Assembly (NCBI RefSeq): GCF_947568905.1
Contig: NC_079166.1
Coordinates: 69,626,001-69,690,000 of the forward strand
From: Ostrea edulis
Taxonomy: Eukaryota
Reading direction: 5' to 3'
Length of the DNA stretch: 64,000 nt
A program made the position numbers and the translations under genes. Below, piece after piece: positions 9,687 through 18,270 of the stretch. How positions within the stretch are numbered: position 1 is the stretch's first letter; every line of letters starts with the position of its first letter. Below the pieces are notes generated by a model. That model was not told where the DNA came from. It saw only the letters and a list, made by a program, of their open reading frames with translations, and made no database searches.

Positions 9687-10034
9687 ATGGCCAGCAGTGA
9701 CAACATCGCAGAAAAAGCGCATAACCATGCATTAGAATGGGTCGAGAAAATGCAAGACGATACGGTGTTTCAAGCTGTTAAAAATTATCTGATATCGGGA
9801 GTGTTTCCAATGACTCTGGACGAATATACAGATCTACGGAACCGGATATACATCAATCTCTATAACGATGCGGGATTGATGTTAATTTATGTCCTGGGGG
9901 AGGAATTCAAGAAAAGCATGCCTGAAAAAACCGCCGAGATTGAAAGTATCACCAAGGACTGGCTTCGAGAAGTATACATAAAGTGTGAAGAACTTAATTC
10001 ATTTCATTTATTCCCGGAGGATGGCCAGCAGTGA
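9687..10034 (+). CDS. Paralog C of the small helical (Bcl-2-like) family, 115 aa
   Basis: FPMTLDEY...GLMLIYVLGEEFKKSMPEKTAEIESITKDWLREVY. Confidence 0.7.
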   Translation: MASSDNIAEKAHNHALEWVEKMQDDTVFQAVKNYLISGVFPMTLDEYTDLRNRIYINLYNDAGLMLIYVLGEEFKKSMPEKTAEIESITKDWLREVYIKCEELNSFHLFPEDGQQ

Positions 10035-10326
10035 CCACATCACAGAGAAAGCGATAGTTTATGTATTGGATTATCTCACAGACATTCATTCTTGGCAGAT
10101 TGAATTTGTGTTACACTATATGCGAGAAGAATTATTTCCCATCAGCTTAAAGGACTATCCATGTCTCTGTCAGTATTTGATCGAGAACCGGATCACCCCG
10201 CAAGCCTTAGTACTGATTCATTTAATGGGCCAGGAATTGAAACGAATTCGACCCACAGACAGAGCAGAAATCGAAAAAATCAGACTACGATGTCTTCGAG
10301 AGTTGTACGTCAAGTTAAACGTGTGA
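10021..10326 (+). CDS. Paralog D of the small helical (Bcl-2-like) family, 101 aa
   Basis: Starts ggaggATGGCCAGCAGTGAC like paralog C; FPISLKDY...ALVLIHLMGQELKRIRPTDRAEIEKIRLRCLRELY. Confidence 0.7.
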   Translation: MASSDHITEKAIVYVLDYLTDIHSWQIEFVLHYMREELFPISLKDYPCLCQYLIENRITPQALVLIHLMGQELKRIRPTDRAEIEKIRLRCLRELYVKLNV

Positions 10327-10508
10327 CTTTTAATCTGGACAATAATGAAGTGTATCTGTTACCCGAAGAAGACCGGACAAGTATCTGGATGACTGTAGCC
10401 GCTGATCGATATCGATTTCAACGCAGGATTCGAGAAATGGAAAAAATGTTGGACCCTATTTTAAAAAGACATGTGCATTGGTGTTGTGTGTGGGAGTTAT
10501 GTATTTGA
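10290..10508 (+). CDS. PPP1R15/GADD34/ICP34.5-like PP1 regulatory protein, 72 aa
   Basis: KRVTF (RVxF) followed by W...AADRYRFQRRIREMEKMLDPIL, the conserved C-terminal domain of GADD34/ICP34.5/DP71L; AATAAA at 10522-10527. Confidence 0.88.
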   Translation: MSSRVVRQVKRVTFNLDNNEVYLLPEEDRTSIWMTVAADRYRFQRRIREMEKMLDPILKRHVHWCCVWELCI

Positions 10509-11073
10509 AATATGTGACATGAATAAAATTGTTTACACGAAAGCTGTGTTTGGTTGAGTCTCTCAGAGAAGGGTTTATTTGTTGAGGAATCCAGAAAATC
10601 CTAAAGGTAGAGTGAAAATCGAATCAAATAAGGTGTTTTCTATCGAATAGACCTTATGAGATGTTTTTAGGGATGTACATGGTCGAGAAAATTTTTTTTA
10701 AAGAGGTGGTGAAGAAACATTGAACCTCGACTCGACCTCTTTAACAGCTGTTTCTTTGAAAACTATGCGACGTAGCAAAATAAAAATAAGTTTAACGCAT
10801 TCGCCGTCTCAGAATCTATCAGATTAAATCTACCTTGCACAGATATCGAATGTCTAGAAAAAGACAATGAGAAAAAACTCTCTACTCGAAAGCACAAATC
10901 CGCCATTTTGACGGCCACCATCTTGGCTTCGTCTCCGAAGCGAGGGATGTTTTCGAGGAGGTCCGCGCTTTCCTGATATATACCGGCGCACTCGTCAGTT
11001 CGCTTCACTGGTGATCCAGCACAGTTGTAGAAGATTTTTGAAGATTATTTTACAGAAGAAAGAAGAAAGAAGA

Positions 11074-11859
11074 ATGGCTGCAAGAAGAGACCCGCTCTAC
11101 AATTTCCAGACTTTGCCTGGTTTTCGGTACCGGCTGGTAGTGGTGGCTGAGGAACGGGTAGGGGAGAATTGGGTCGTGCGTTCTGAGAACGACCTGAGCA
11201 CCTTCTCCCCTTTCGACCAGAGTGGGGTCCGTGAGATCATCTGTCGGGTGCGGGCAGAGTATGAAGGGAGGGGACGCCGCCGCACCGCTCGAATCTCCAC
11301 GGCTACGAGACCGCGCCGACGGGCCCCACAGCCACCCTCACCACCACCACCTTACTCCCCGGCGACGCCTACAACACCACCACCAGCGATCCCATCAGCA
11401 CCAGTGGAATACAGCCCGGTGCCGATGAGCGACTCACCAGCGTCACCGGTGGAGTACTCGCCGAGGTCACCGTCCCCCGCACCACCTCCCAGCCCACGTC
11501 AGAGTCCGTCGCTGTTGGTGGCAGGCACGTCATCACCACCGAGACCAGCAGCCCCTGCAAGACCCCCACCACCTACCATCCGGTTTGCAGGGAGGACTCC
11601 ACCACCGAGACCAACCCACGCACCGGTGGCAACTCATCCCCCGAGGAACCACCCTATGACTGTCCCTGGCTGGGCAGATAGGGCGGTTCCTATCTGGTCT
11701 AAGTGCCCTGTCTGCTGGCAAGACAGGGTACACTCCGGTATCACGTGTAGGGGATGTGGGCAGCGCCCAGCTTGCTGCTCGTGCGTGGAAGAGTTACAGG
11801 AGCGGCGACACACCCGGGGACGGTGCCCGTTATGCCGGTTTACCGGAATCAGGGAATGA
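11074..11859 (+). CDS. Proline-rich protein with a PPxY motif and C-terminal RING-like finger (putative E3 ligase)
   Basis: PPPPY motif; C-terminal CPVC-x10-CRGC-x5-CCSC-x13-CPLC with eight potential Zn ligands; start taken at MAARRD. Confidence 0.75.
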   Translation: MAARRDPLYNFQTLPGFRYRLVVVAEERVGENWVVRSENDLSTFSPFDQSGVREIICRVRAEYEGRGRRRTARISTATRPRRRAPQPPSPPPPYSPATPTTPPPAIPSAPVEYSPVPMSDSPASPVEYSPRSPSPAPPPSPRQSPSLLVAGTSSPPRPAAPARPPPPTIRFAGRTPPPRPTHAPVATHPPRNHPMTVPGWADRAVPIWSKCPVCWQDRVHSGITCRGCGQRPACCSCVEELQERRHTRGRCPLCRFTGIRE

Positions 11860-12012
11860 AAGTCGGTCCTTAGGACCAAACGGCCCTTTTCAGGGCCACC
11901 AACTTTTTTGAAAAGACACTTTTTATTGCAAAAATCAAGAAACACACAAGTTTGTTTTAAAAAAAAAAGTTTTATTAACACAAGTAATAGTTAGAATAAA
12001 GCTATAATAAAG

Positions 12013-12510
12013 TTACATTTTCTTGACAATATAAACATGTTTATGATACTGATAAGCAAAGTCACAAATCCATTGTCTATAATGAGTCCAATTGCCTCCG
12101 GCTAATCCACATCCAATACGATAAGGAAACGCTAAAGTCTGGTAAGACAAAGTGCCTAATTCCTGTAAACATTGTTGAAACCAAAGTTCACGTTGTTCGG
12201 GGGTATCGGCATACAAGGGTAAGCGTTGAGTGCCTCTCCCGTAATCCCATTGCGCTAACAAACAGATCACATCAGGATGAGTAGAATGAGGCATAATACA
12301 CACAGTACCCGGTATTCCTCGATCCGCTGCTATAGCTAAATTTCTCCGTCCTAAAGGTTGTCGGGTCGCATACAGATTAGCCCAAGGAAATCGGTCGGCA
12401 ATACGTTGACTTAATCCATGAGGTTTCACCGTTAAACAGTTACATTGTTGTACAATAGCATCCACCCAAGGTAGAGATAATACATCTCCTCGTAGATCCG
12501 TCACCGACAT
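12013..12510 (-). CDS. Macrodomain protein (TARG1/OARD1-like ADP-ribosyl hydrolase), 165 aa
   Basis: GDVL...DAIVQQCNC...GLSQRIADRFP N-terminal signature and LAFPYRIGCGLAGGNW C-terminal signature. Confidence 0.88.
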   Translation of the reverse strand: MSVTDLRGDVLSLPWVDAIVQQCNCLTVKPHGLSQRIADRFPWANLYATRQPLGRRNLAIAADRGIPGTVCIMPHSTHPDVICLLAQWDYGRGTQRLPLYADTPEQRELWFQQCLQELGTLSYQTLAFPYRIGCGLAGGNWTHYRQWICDFAYQYHKHVYIVKKM

Positions 12511-12902
12511 GCTGGTTGACAGGTCTCACAGGTACACGTTGACCGGGGTTCTTGACTGTAAGGACAATGTTGAAACAGGTGGGGTTTAAACTTTCTCTGA
12601 GTCCAGCGCTCTCTAAACTCCTGACAGATCTCACAGGTACAGTCCTTATGCGCTATTTCTTCTTCAGGGGTGATGGTACAATGCTGCGGACACTTACACG
12701 GTAGCCAGGGTTCTCTAGTGTGACCACAACATTTATAGACAAAGGGACAATAATTCAGCTCTGCCATATACTCTATCCACTTATGTTTGGCCAGGATGTT
12801 TTCTTTTTTATAATGAAAACAGCCACAAGTTCTCCAAGGTCCTCGGCAATACCCACACACTAGTACATCTTTCTCATCTTGCACGTACCGTTCAAACGAC
12901 AT
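12501..12902 (-). CDS. Cys/His-rich protein of unknown function
   Basis: Many CxxC/CxC clusters (CGYC, CGC, CKCPQHC, CTCEIC, CTCETC); start taken at MSFERY; overlaps the macrodomain start. Confidence 0.7.
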   Translation of the reverse strand: MSFERYVQDEKDVLVCGYCRGPWRTCGCFHYKKENILAKHKWIEYMAELNYCPFVYKCCGHTREPWLPCKCPQHCTITPEEEIAHKDCTCEICQEFRERWTQRKFKPHLFQHCPYSQEPRSTCTCETCQPACR

Positions 12903-13077
12903 GATTGAGAAAAATGGTAACAAGTGACCTATGTATATAGTGTTTTTTGATGAGTCATCAACATGACGTCAGCCATCTGAGGTAGGGGATGTTTTCGAGG
13001 ACGTCCGCGCTCTCGCCTTTTTAAAACGAGCGCAACGTCAAAATCGGGCATTCCGATTTTTTAAAGGAACCAGAACC

Positions 13078-13377
13078 ATGAGCCGTAGAGTAGGACCAGA
13101 CCCTACAGTGAATGATTATTGTATCAAATGGGAGGAGGATTGGGAGCAAGAGATTGCCCCGCCGGCCTCACGGGAGGCTCTTCCCCCACCGCCCATGAGC
13201 CAGGATCTGCCCCCGCCAGAGGAAAACTGGGACGCAGAGTTAGAAGTGGTGCAACGGCCTCCGGGGAGATTGTTTTTTAAACACGGGTGGTTGCCCGTTT
13301 TTGTGTTTGACCACGAGCAACCCCCGGAGGAGCAGAAAAAGAAGAGAAGAAAGAAGAAGAAGAAGAACAGACAGTGA
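13078..13377 (+). CDS. Small acidic/proline-rich protein with a basic tail, 99 aa
   Basis: Repeated EEDWEQE and EENWDAE motifs; C-terminal KKKRRKKKKK; upstream element shared with the RING gene. Confidence 0.65.
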   Translation: MSRRVGPDPTVNDYCIKWEEDWEQEIAPPASREALPPPPMSQDLPPPEENWDAELEVVQRPPGRLFFKHGWLPVFVFDHEQPPEEQKKKRRKKKKKNRQ

Positions 13378-13626
13378 GGGGGACCGAGAAGAAAAGAAGA
13401 GAAGGAGAAGAGAAGAAGAGAAGGAGAAGAAGGAGAAGAGAGAAGAAGAAGAGAAAAGACCAAGAACAGAGAGAAAGAAAACAGCCCTTTTCAGGGCTAC
13501 CCATTCTTTTTGAAAAGACATGGTTGATTACAATGACAAGAAATTTTTTTTTTTTCCAACGTTTTATTAAACTCCAACTATGAACAATAACAATAACATA
13601 GTTTACAATACATTCAGTCTTTGACA

Positions 13627-14100
13627 TTAACAAGTTTGTCCTTGATGGGTTCTCGGTTTTCGGAAGGTCTCTTTAAACCAATCCGACACAAAACGATCGC
13701 GTTGTAAGGCCGTGCCTTTCCAGGGAAGTAACCATTCTCGTACGGTGCTTCTATGTCGATGGCGTTGATGTAAAAAATACACACAGTATTGTCCACAGAC
13801 ATCCGTATTCAAATCTTGATAACAATGGGTGTTATGAATCCAAGTCTCTCCGTGGCGTTGAATAAAGTCTTGGATGTCTTTATGGCTGGGAGGTAATCCG
13901 TAAGAATCAAAATATTCGACGGTAGGGCTACTCAAATACAAACAGACCCAATGCGCTCCAGGGCGATCGTGAGGGTCTGTATTCACCACGATGGCTTTGT
14001 GATGAGGTAACAACTCAGGTATGACATCTCGAGGATACACACCTGCAAACGCCGGTCCTAAATCTCGTTGTAAAACATCTCTCAATTGCTGAGTATCCAT
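13627..14100 (-). CDS. pro: Adenain-like cysteine protease (Polinton PRO), 157 aa
   Basis: NTDPHDRPGAHW (catalytic His), YFDSYG (Asp), QDLNTDVCGQYC (Gln and catalytic Cys). Confidence 0.95.
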   Translation of the reverse strand: MDTQQLRDVLQRDLGPAFAGVYPRDVIPELLPHHKAIVVNTDPHDRPGAHWVCLYLSSPTVEYFDSYGLPPSHKDIQDFIQRHGETWIHNTHCYQDLNTDVCGQYCVYFLHQRHRHRSTVREWLLPWKGTALQRDRFVSDWFKETFRKPRTHQGQTC

Positions 14101-14107
14101 CTCTCTC

Positions 14108-15511
14108 TTAGTAATCGATGCTGACTTCTCGTTGTTTGTTGATTTCTAGCAGATTGTCGAACACGGCATACACCACACAGTTTAAGGTCCTGGCCACGTT
14201 GGCGGCAAATTGCACTTCCACTCTCAAGTTCCCCGTCTGTATGAGATGAAATTTATCCGTCTGGGCTTCTTGATCTTTCGTGAAATCCACACACCAGAGG
14301 GTGTAACCGTTTTTATACTCTTCCAGGGTAATGTCCGGAGCCCAGTCCTGGCCTAATTTTCCCAAGCCTTTGTACAGACTCAAATACGATCTCAGGTACT
14401 GATCGTCGGTGAAATTAGGTTCCAAAGGTCGGGTTTCCATCATTTCTCCATTGATACTGATTTCTAATTTCTTGACTCTCTCATTTTGGAAATGAAAGGG
14501 GTTTCTGGTATTATCCCCATTAAAAGCCGCATTGTCCACAAAACCCAACACGATCAGTTTAGGCATCTGTCCTTGAAACAGATGATCGGTGATTTTAGAT
14601 TGGGTGCCACTAGGAATGGTGAAGGTTTTCACTTCCACTCGTCTCAATGGATATTTCGCCGTTTGAGTACTCAGTTGCTGATTGATGAGATTAATGATAC
14701 TCGGCACAGGTTTGACTTTCCTCACCCACAAGATCATACTTTGAATGACCACTTTCCCACTACTCCCGGCATCGGTCATCATGTAGAACTGGGGTCGAGC
14801 GCGATTGAATCTGAGACGGACATCCAAACCATTAGGGAGACATTTCTCTTGCTCAAACAAATCCAGATGTAATCGATCCATCAACACGATCTCCTTACTG
14901 TCTGTAATCTTCTCGTGACGTTTTCTCAACCCTACATTCTTGGAATCATCCGGATACTCGGGAGTCGGGATGACGGCCGCGATGTTGACTTTGTTAGACA
15001 CTACTGCAAATTCCACAGGAGTTTGAGCCAGAGCTTCTAATTTGACCTCATCCATATGTCCTGCCGTATCTTTTTCCCACAAGCTACAGGCTCTCATCTG
15101 GGTTTCCAGAGTCTTGGGTGCATAAGACAGCAATTTCTCCAGATACGCTTTGTAGGGATAAGTATCCGTCCCCGGGGTAATGACTTTTCCATTGAGACTG
15201 ACATCGATTTCACTGAACAAGGAATGGAGAATGTTATTCACGGGGGTGGAGGTCGAATGGCCTCCTGCGAGATTCGTTCCATTGGCTTTCGTGAATTTAC
15301 AGACCATCTGGAGATAAGTTTGGGATAAATCCAGATATTCATCTCCTTGTCCTTTGATTTCAAATTCAATCGGAGCCGTATCCGAGTTGAGGGTACTGGA
15401 AATGGGATAATATTCCATCCATTTCGAATCTTCTAAAGTGACGTTGGTCGGGGGCACTTTAAACAGTTCTAAACTGCTGGTGCCACAAGCGCAAGATTCT
15501 CGGTGCATCAT
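14108..15511 (-). CDS. Double jelly-roll major capsid protein (PY/hexon-like), 467 aa
   Basis: LELF.VPPT, PIEFEI...[43 protein letters not shown] and G.LRVEVQF motifs typical of Maverick MCP. Confidence 0.93.
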   Translation of the reverse strand: MMHRESCACGTSSLELFKVPPTNVTLEDSKWMEYYPISSTLNSDTAPIEFEIKGQGDEYLDLSQTYLQMVCKFTKANGTNLAGGHSTSTPVNNILHSLFSEIDVSLNGKVITPGTDTYPYKAYLEKLLSYAPKTLETQMRACSLWEKDTAGHMDEVKLEALAQTPVEFAVVSNKVNIAAVIPTPEYPDDSKNVGLRKRHEKITDSKEIVLMDRLHLDLFEQEKCLPNGLDVRLRFNRARPQFYMMTDAGSSGKVVIQSMILWVRKVKPVPSIINLINQQLSTQTAKYPLRRVEVKTFTIPSGTQSKITDHLFQGQMPKLIVLGFVDNAAFNGDNTRNPFHFQNERVKKLEISINGEMMETRPLEPNFTDDQYLRSYLSLYKGLGKLGQDWAPDITLEEYKNGYTLWCVDFTKDQEAQTDKFHLIQTGNLRVEVQFAANVARTLNCVVYAVFDNLLEINKQREVSIDY

Positions 15512-15590
15512 ATTGGAACGATGTGTTACTCAGCGTGAACTGGGATCAAATGTGTTCTGGCCTCCTTCTCACCCCCTTTTTATAGGGTTC

Positions 15591-16283
15591 TCAGTCGAAA
15601 ATATCCAGAGAGCGTTTTGGCTTACCCCTTTTCACTAGCTTCCTACCTCCCTTCCTAGATCGCTCCCTAGGTTGCTTCCTAGGTCTCTTATGAGGCCCTC
15701 CCCGAGCTAAGATACGTTGTTTTCTTTTAACAAATCCTTTTCCTTCCTGTATTCCCACCTGTTTTCCCAACTGTTTTCTTTTGAGGGTCGTGGTTCCAGG
15801 CTTCCTGAGTATTCCTGTGCGTGCTTTTCTTCCTCGTTTGGATGGGGCTTTTCGAGACCTTCGCCTACGGGCATACCCTGCTGTCTCTTTCAGGGCTTGG
15901 GTACCGTGTGTCTTGAGAGCGTCTTTGAGTGATCGTTTATTATCTAACACATCCATCCCTGTTTTAGCAGCAGCCTTTAAGGCACTTTTAGCCCCCGATT
16001 TGAGTAAATCGGTGAAAAATCCTTTTCCCTTCTGCTTTTCAGATTCTGGATCATATTCTTCTGTTGGATGGCTTCTACGTCGTCTCCTCTGATAAGAACG
16101 ATAAGGGCGGTCGTAATCATAATATCTCTCTTGATAGACAGGACGCTGTTGTTGTTGTTGCTGTTGTGTGGGGGCTCCACCTAATAATCCGCTGATCAGG
16201 GGACCCGCCACTTTGCTAGCTATTCCCAACAGGGCTCCAAGCCCGTGACCCTGCTGCCGTATTAAACCTTTATGGTAGTGCAT
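15591..16283 (-). CDS. Basic virion core-like protein with QxGxG motifs, 230 aa
   Basis: QQGHGLG, QKGKGFF and QEGKGFV motifs; amphipathic helix; Arg/Lys-rich C-terminus; adjacent to MCP. Confidence 0.75.
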   Translation of the reverse strand: MHYHKGLIRQQGHGLGALLGIASKVAGPLISGLLGGAPTQQQQQQQRPVYQERYYDYDRPYRSYQRRRRRSHPTEEYDPESEKQKGKGFFTDLLKSGAKSALKAAAKTGMDVLDNKRSLKDALKTHGTQALKETAGYARRRRSRKAPSKRGRKARTGILRKPGTTTLKRKQLGKQVGIQEGKGFVKRKQRILARGGPHKRPRKQPRERSRKGGRKLVKRGKPKRSLDIFD

Positions 16284-16456
16284 CTTGATGTAAATGAACT
16301 TCGTTAGGGGTTACACCCGCTTTTTATACTTTTTACGCCGTCTTTTCTCTTCTTTCCTTGGCCCGCTTGACCCACAATGGCATTGGCAATCCACGGAATG
16401 AGAAACCAGATTCCGTGTCCTTTCTGGCGTCTGACACCTCGATGGTACTTCATCTT

Positions 16457-17455
16457 TCAATACACTTTGCGGAAATGAAGTTTGACTAAGGAGCGCCCAT
16501 TTAAAAACCCCATAGGACGCCCTAAAGAATTCATGATGTGTACCTCAATGGTATCGAAATATTTCTTACTCAGTTTCAAATATTCGGCTCGAATCGGTTC
16601 CCAACGGGCTTGTTGTCGATCGTCGTATTGACCCGTACAGGGGACGACTCTCAATAATTTCAATTTGTTGGTGCCCACCACTTGAGGATCCACAATGTCA
16701 CAATACACATACATGGCTTTCAGATTGTCGTAGACATCCATGGTCGTGTTCCCCAAGTAATTCACGTTGATCCATTTCGTCATGGTTTCATCGCCCAGGA
16801 TCATTTTGTCACTATCCAGACCTAGCTTGTACGCTAAGGGCGTAGGGAAACGAATGCACATGGGGGTGGTTCTCAGTGCTTTCCCATTAAACTGATACTC
16901 GACACGATCGTACTCGGGGTGATACACTAAGATCTGGTTGTTCCCCTCGTCGTTAGGATTCCCTAACTCGCTCCATACTTTCCACAGGGTTCTCCTTAAG
17001 GCTGCGTTGATTTCATTGATTAACGCCAAAGGTTGTGTATAAGCTCCGGGTCGGAAGTGAATGCGAATGATATCGAAGGGAAATAAACTATCCCCTCCCG
17101 CAAAGAGATGGGACCATGGCGTCAGATCCCAGGGGACCACCACCTCACACCTGGCCATCGTGACTTTACCCATATTCTCTGTCTTAAATCTTTCCCATTT
17201 ATAAGTGTTGGGATCTTGGACATGTTTCGTATACGGATCTGGAATGAGAACGTCCACATAAGCCTCGCTATCCGATACGTTTTGTAAGTTGACCGAGTAC
17301 ATCATTTCGGTCAATCCGACTTCCCATGCTCCACCCGTTAAGTCCATGGTGTGTGGCAATAACGTTTTAAATTGAGCAGTCGTATTCGTCGGAAACGATT
17401 CCATCGACCCATCACTCAACAGAGTCATGTAAAACCCTTCTCCTCCTCCAGCCAT
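16457..17455 (-). CDS. Minor capsid protein (penton, PX), 332 aa
   Basis: FYMTLLSD.S...FP.NT...F...L....L.G.WEVGL N-terminus and YVYCDIVDPQVVG....LLRVVP C-terminus. Confidence 0.93.
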   Translation of the reverse strand: MAGGGEGFYMTLLSDGSMESFPTNTTAQFKTLLPHTMDLTGGAWEVGLTEMMYSVNLQNVSDSEAYVDVLIPDPYTKHVQDPNTYKWERFKTENMGKVTMARCEVVVPWDLTPWSHLFAGGDSLFPFDIIRIHFRPGAYTQPLALINEINAALRRTLWKVWSELGNPNDEGNNQILVYHPEYDRVEYQFNGKALRTTPMCIRFPTPLAYKLGLDSDKMILGDETMTKWINVNYLGNTTMDVYDNLKAMYVYCDIVDPQVVGTNKLKLLRVVPCTGQYDDRQQARWEPIRAEYLKLSKKYFDTIEVHIMNSLGRPMGFLNGRSLVKLHFRKVY

Positions 17456-17672
17456 GATGTCTTAAATGAGCCCCTGTCTCTGTTTCCTTCTCTATTTATA
17501 CTCATAACACAATGAACATTTTCATATTTTATTGAACATACAACATAATGTTAATACACAATTTTACATGTCATTCTTCTTGATCGCGACCACCACCCCA
17601 CATCAACGCATCCGAGTCTTCCAACTCTAGTGTTCGTCTCGGGACTAAGCGTCGTCGCATCACCAGATAGTG

Positions 17673-18020
17673 TCAGGTTCCCCAGCAATCGGCTACATCA
17701 TAACCTTCATTGATCATGTCTTTAAAATGTCGGAGACAGTCCTCGGAATGGTCAAACCAAGGACTCTCATTTAAGGTCCAATCGGATTCGTCTTGTCGTC
17801 CCATCAATCCCCAGAAGGCTTTGACTTTCCAACGAAACTCTTGATACTTGGTCTTCATGATAAAGGCTGACCATCCGTGAGGTATCACGATCCGTTTGTA
17901 CAAGTACACCGGTTGATCTAACACTTTGTGTTGTTTACAATGCATCAAACACATCTGCTTATCCCAGAACCAGGTACTTTTCTTCCCCTCTTGTTTCCAG
18001 GCGTACTGTGGCTTAACCAT
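17673..18020 (-). CDS. Trp-rich hypothetical protein, 115 aa
   Basis: Open ORF in the compact gene array; internal repeat STWFWDKQMCLMHCK / SPWFDHSEDCLRHFK. Confidence 0.6.
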   Translation of the reverse strand: MVKPQYAWKQEGKKSTWFWDKQMCLMHCKQHKVLDQPVYLYKRIVIPHGWSAFIMKTKYQEFRWKVKAFWGLMGRQDESDWTLNESPWFDHSEDCLRHFKDMINEGYDVADCWGT

Positions 18021-18270
18021 GGTGAACTGATGAATCTGAAGAAGATCGTTCCTGTTTTATACTCGGGCTCGCTAACGTCATTTGTGGACTAGGCATGACG
18101 TAACCCACGAGAGAACTTAAGGTCACCATCCAAAAATCGCGATTGGGATCGCCTAAGGCTAACATCACGACCGACGTAATAATGATGGTTAAACACAGGA
18201 ATAATTGTGCAAAATACACAATTTCTGCTCGGGGGACTTTTTCACCCAAGAAAGTCCACTGGTTGGTCAT
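18013..18270 (-). CDS. Small two-TM membrane protein, 85 aa
   Basis: Two hydrophobic helices ending in W...LSSLVGYVMPSP; TATA-like motif at 18372-18379 on the minus strand. Confidence 0.7.
   Translation of the reverse strand: MTNQWTFLGEKVPRAEIVYFAQLFLCLTIIITSVVMLALGDPNRDFWMVTLSSLVGYVMPSPQMTLASPSIKQERSSSDSSVHHG

Noticed and set aside
9680-10025. GGAGG before ATG as Shine-Dalgarno sites implying bacterial origin
   Set aside because: Zero spacing to the ATG and eukaryotic TATA/AATAAA signals; explained by paralog duplication
11097-11981. Several overlapping ORFs antisense or alternate to the RING gene
   Set aside because: By-products of GC-rich proline codons
13116-13633. Hydrophobic Leu/Phe/Ser-rich minus-strand ORFs resembling membrane proteins
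   Set aside because: Antisense translation of the purine tract
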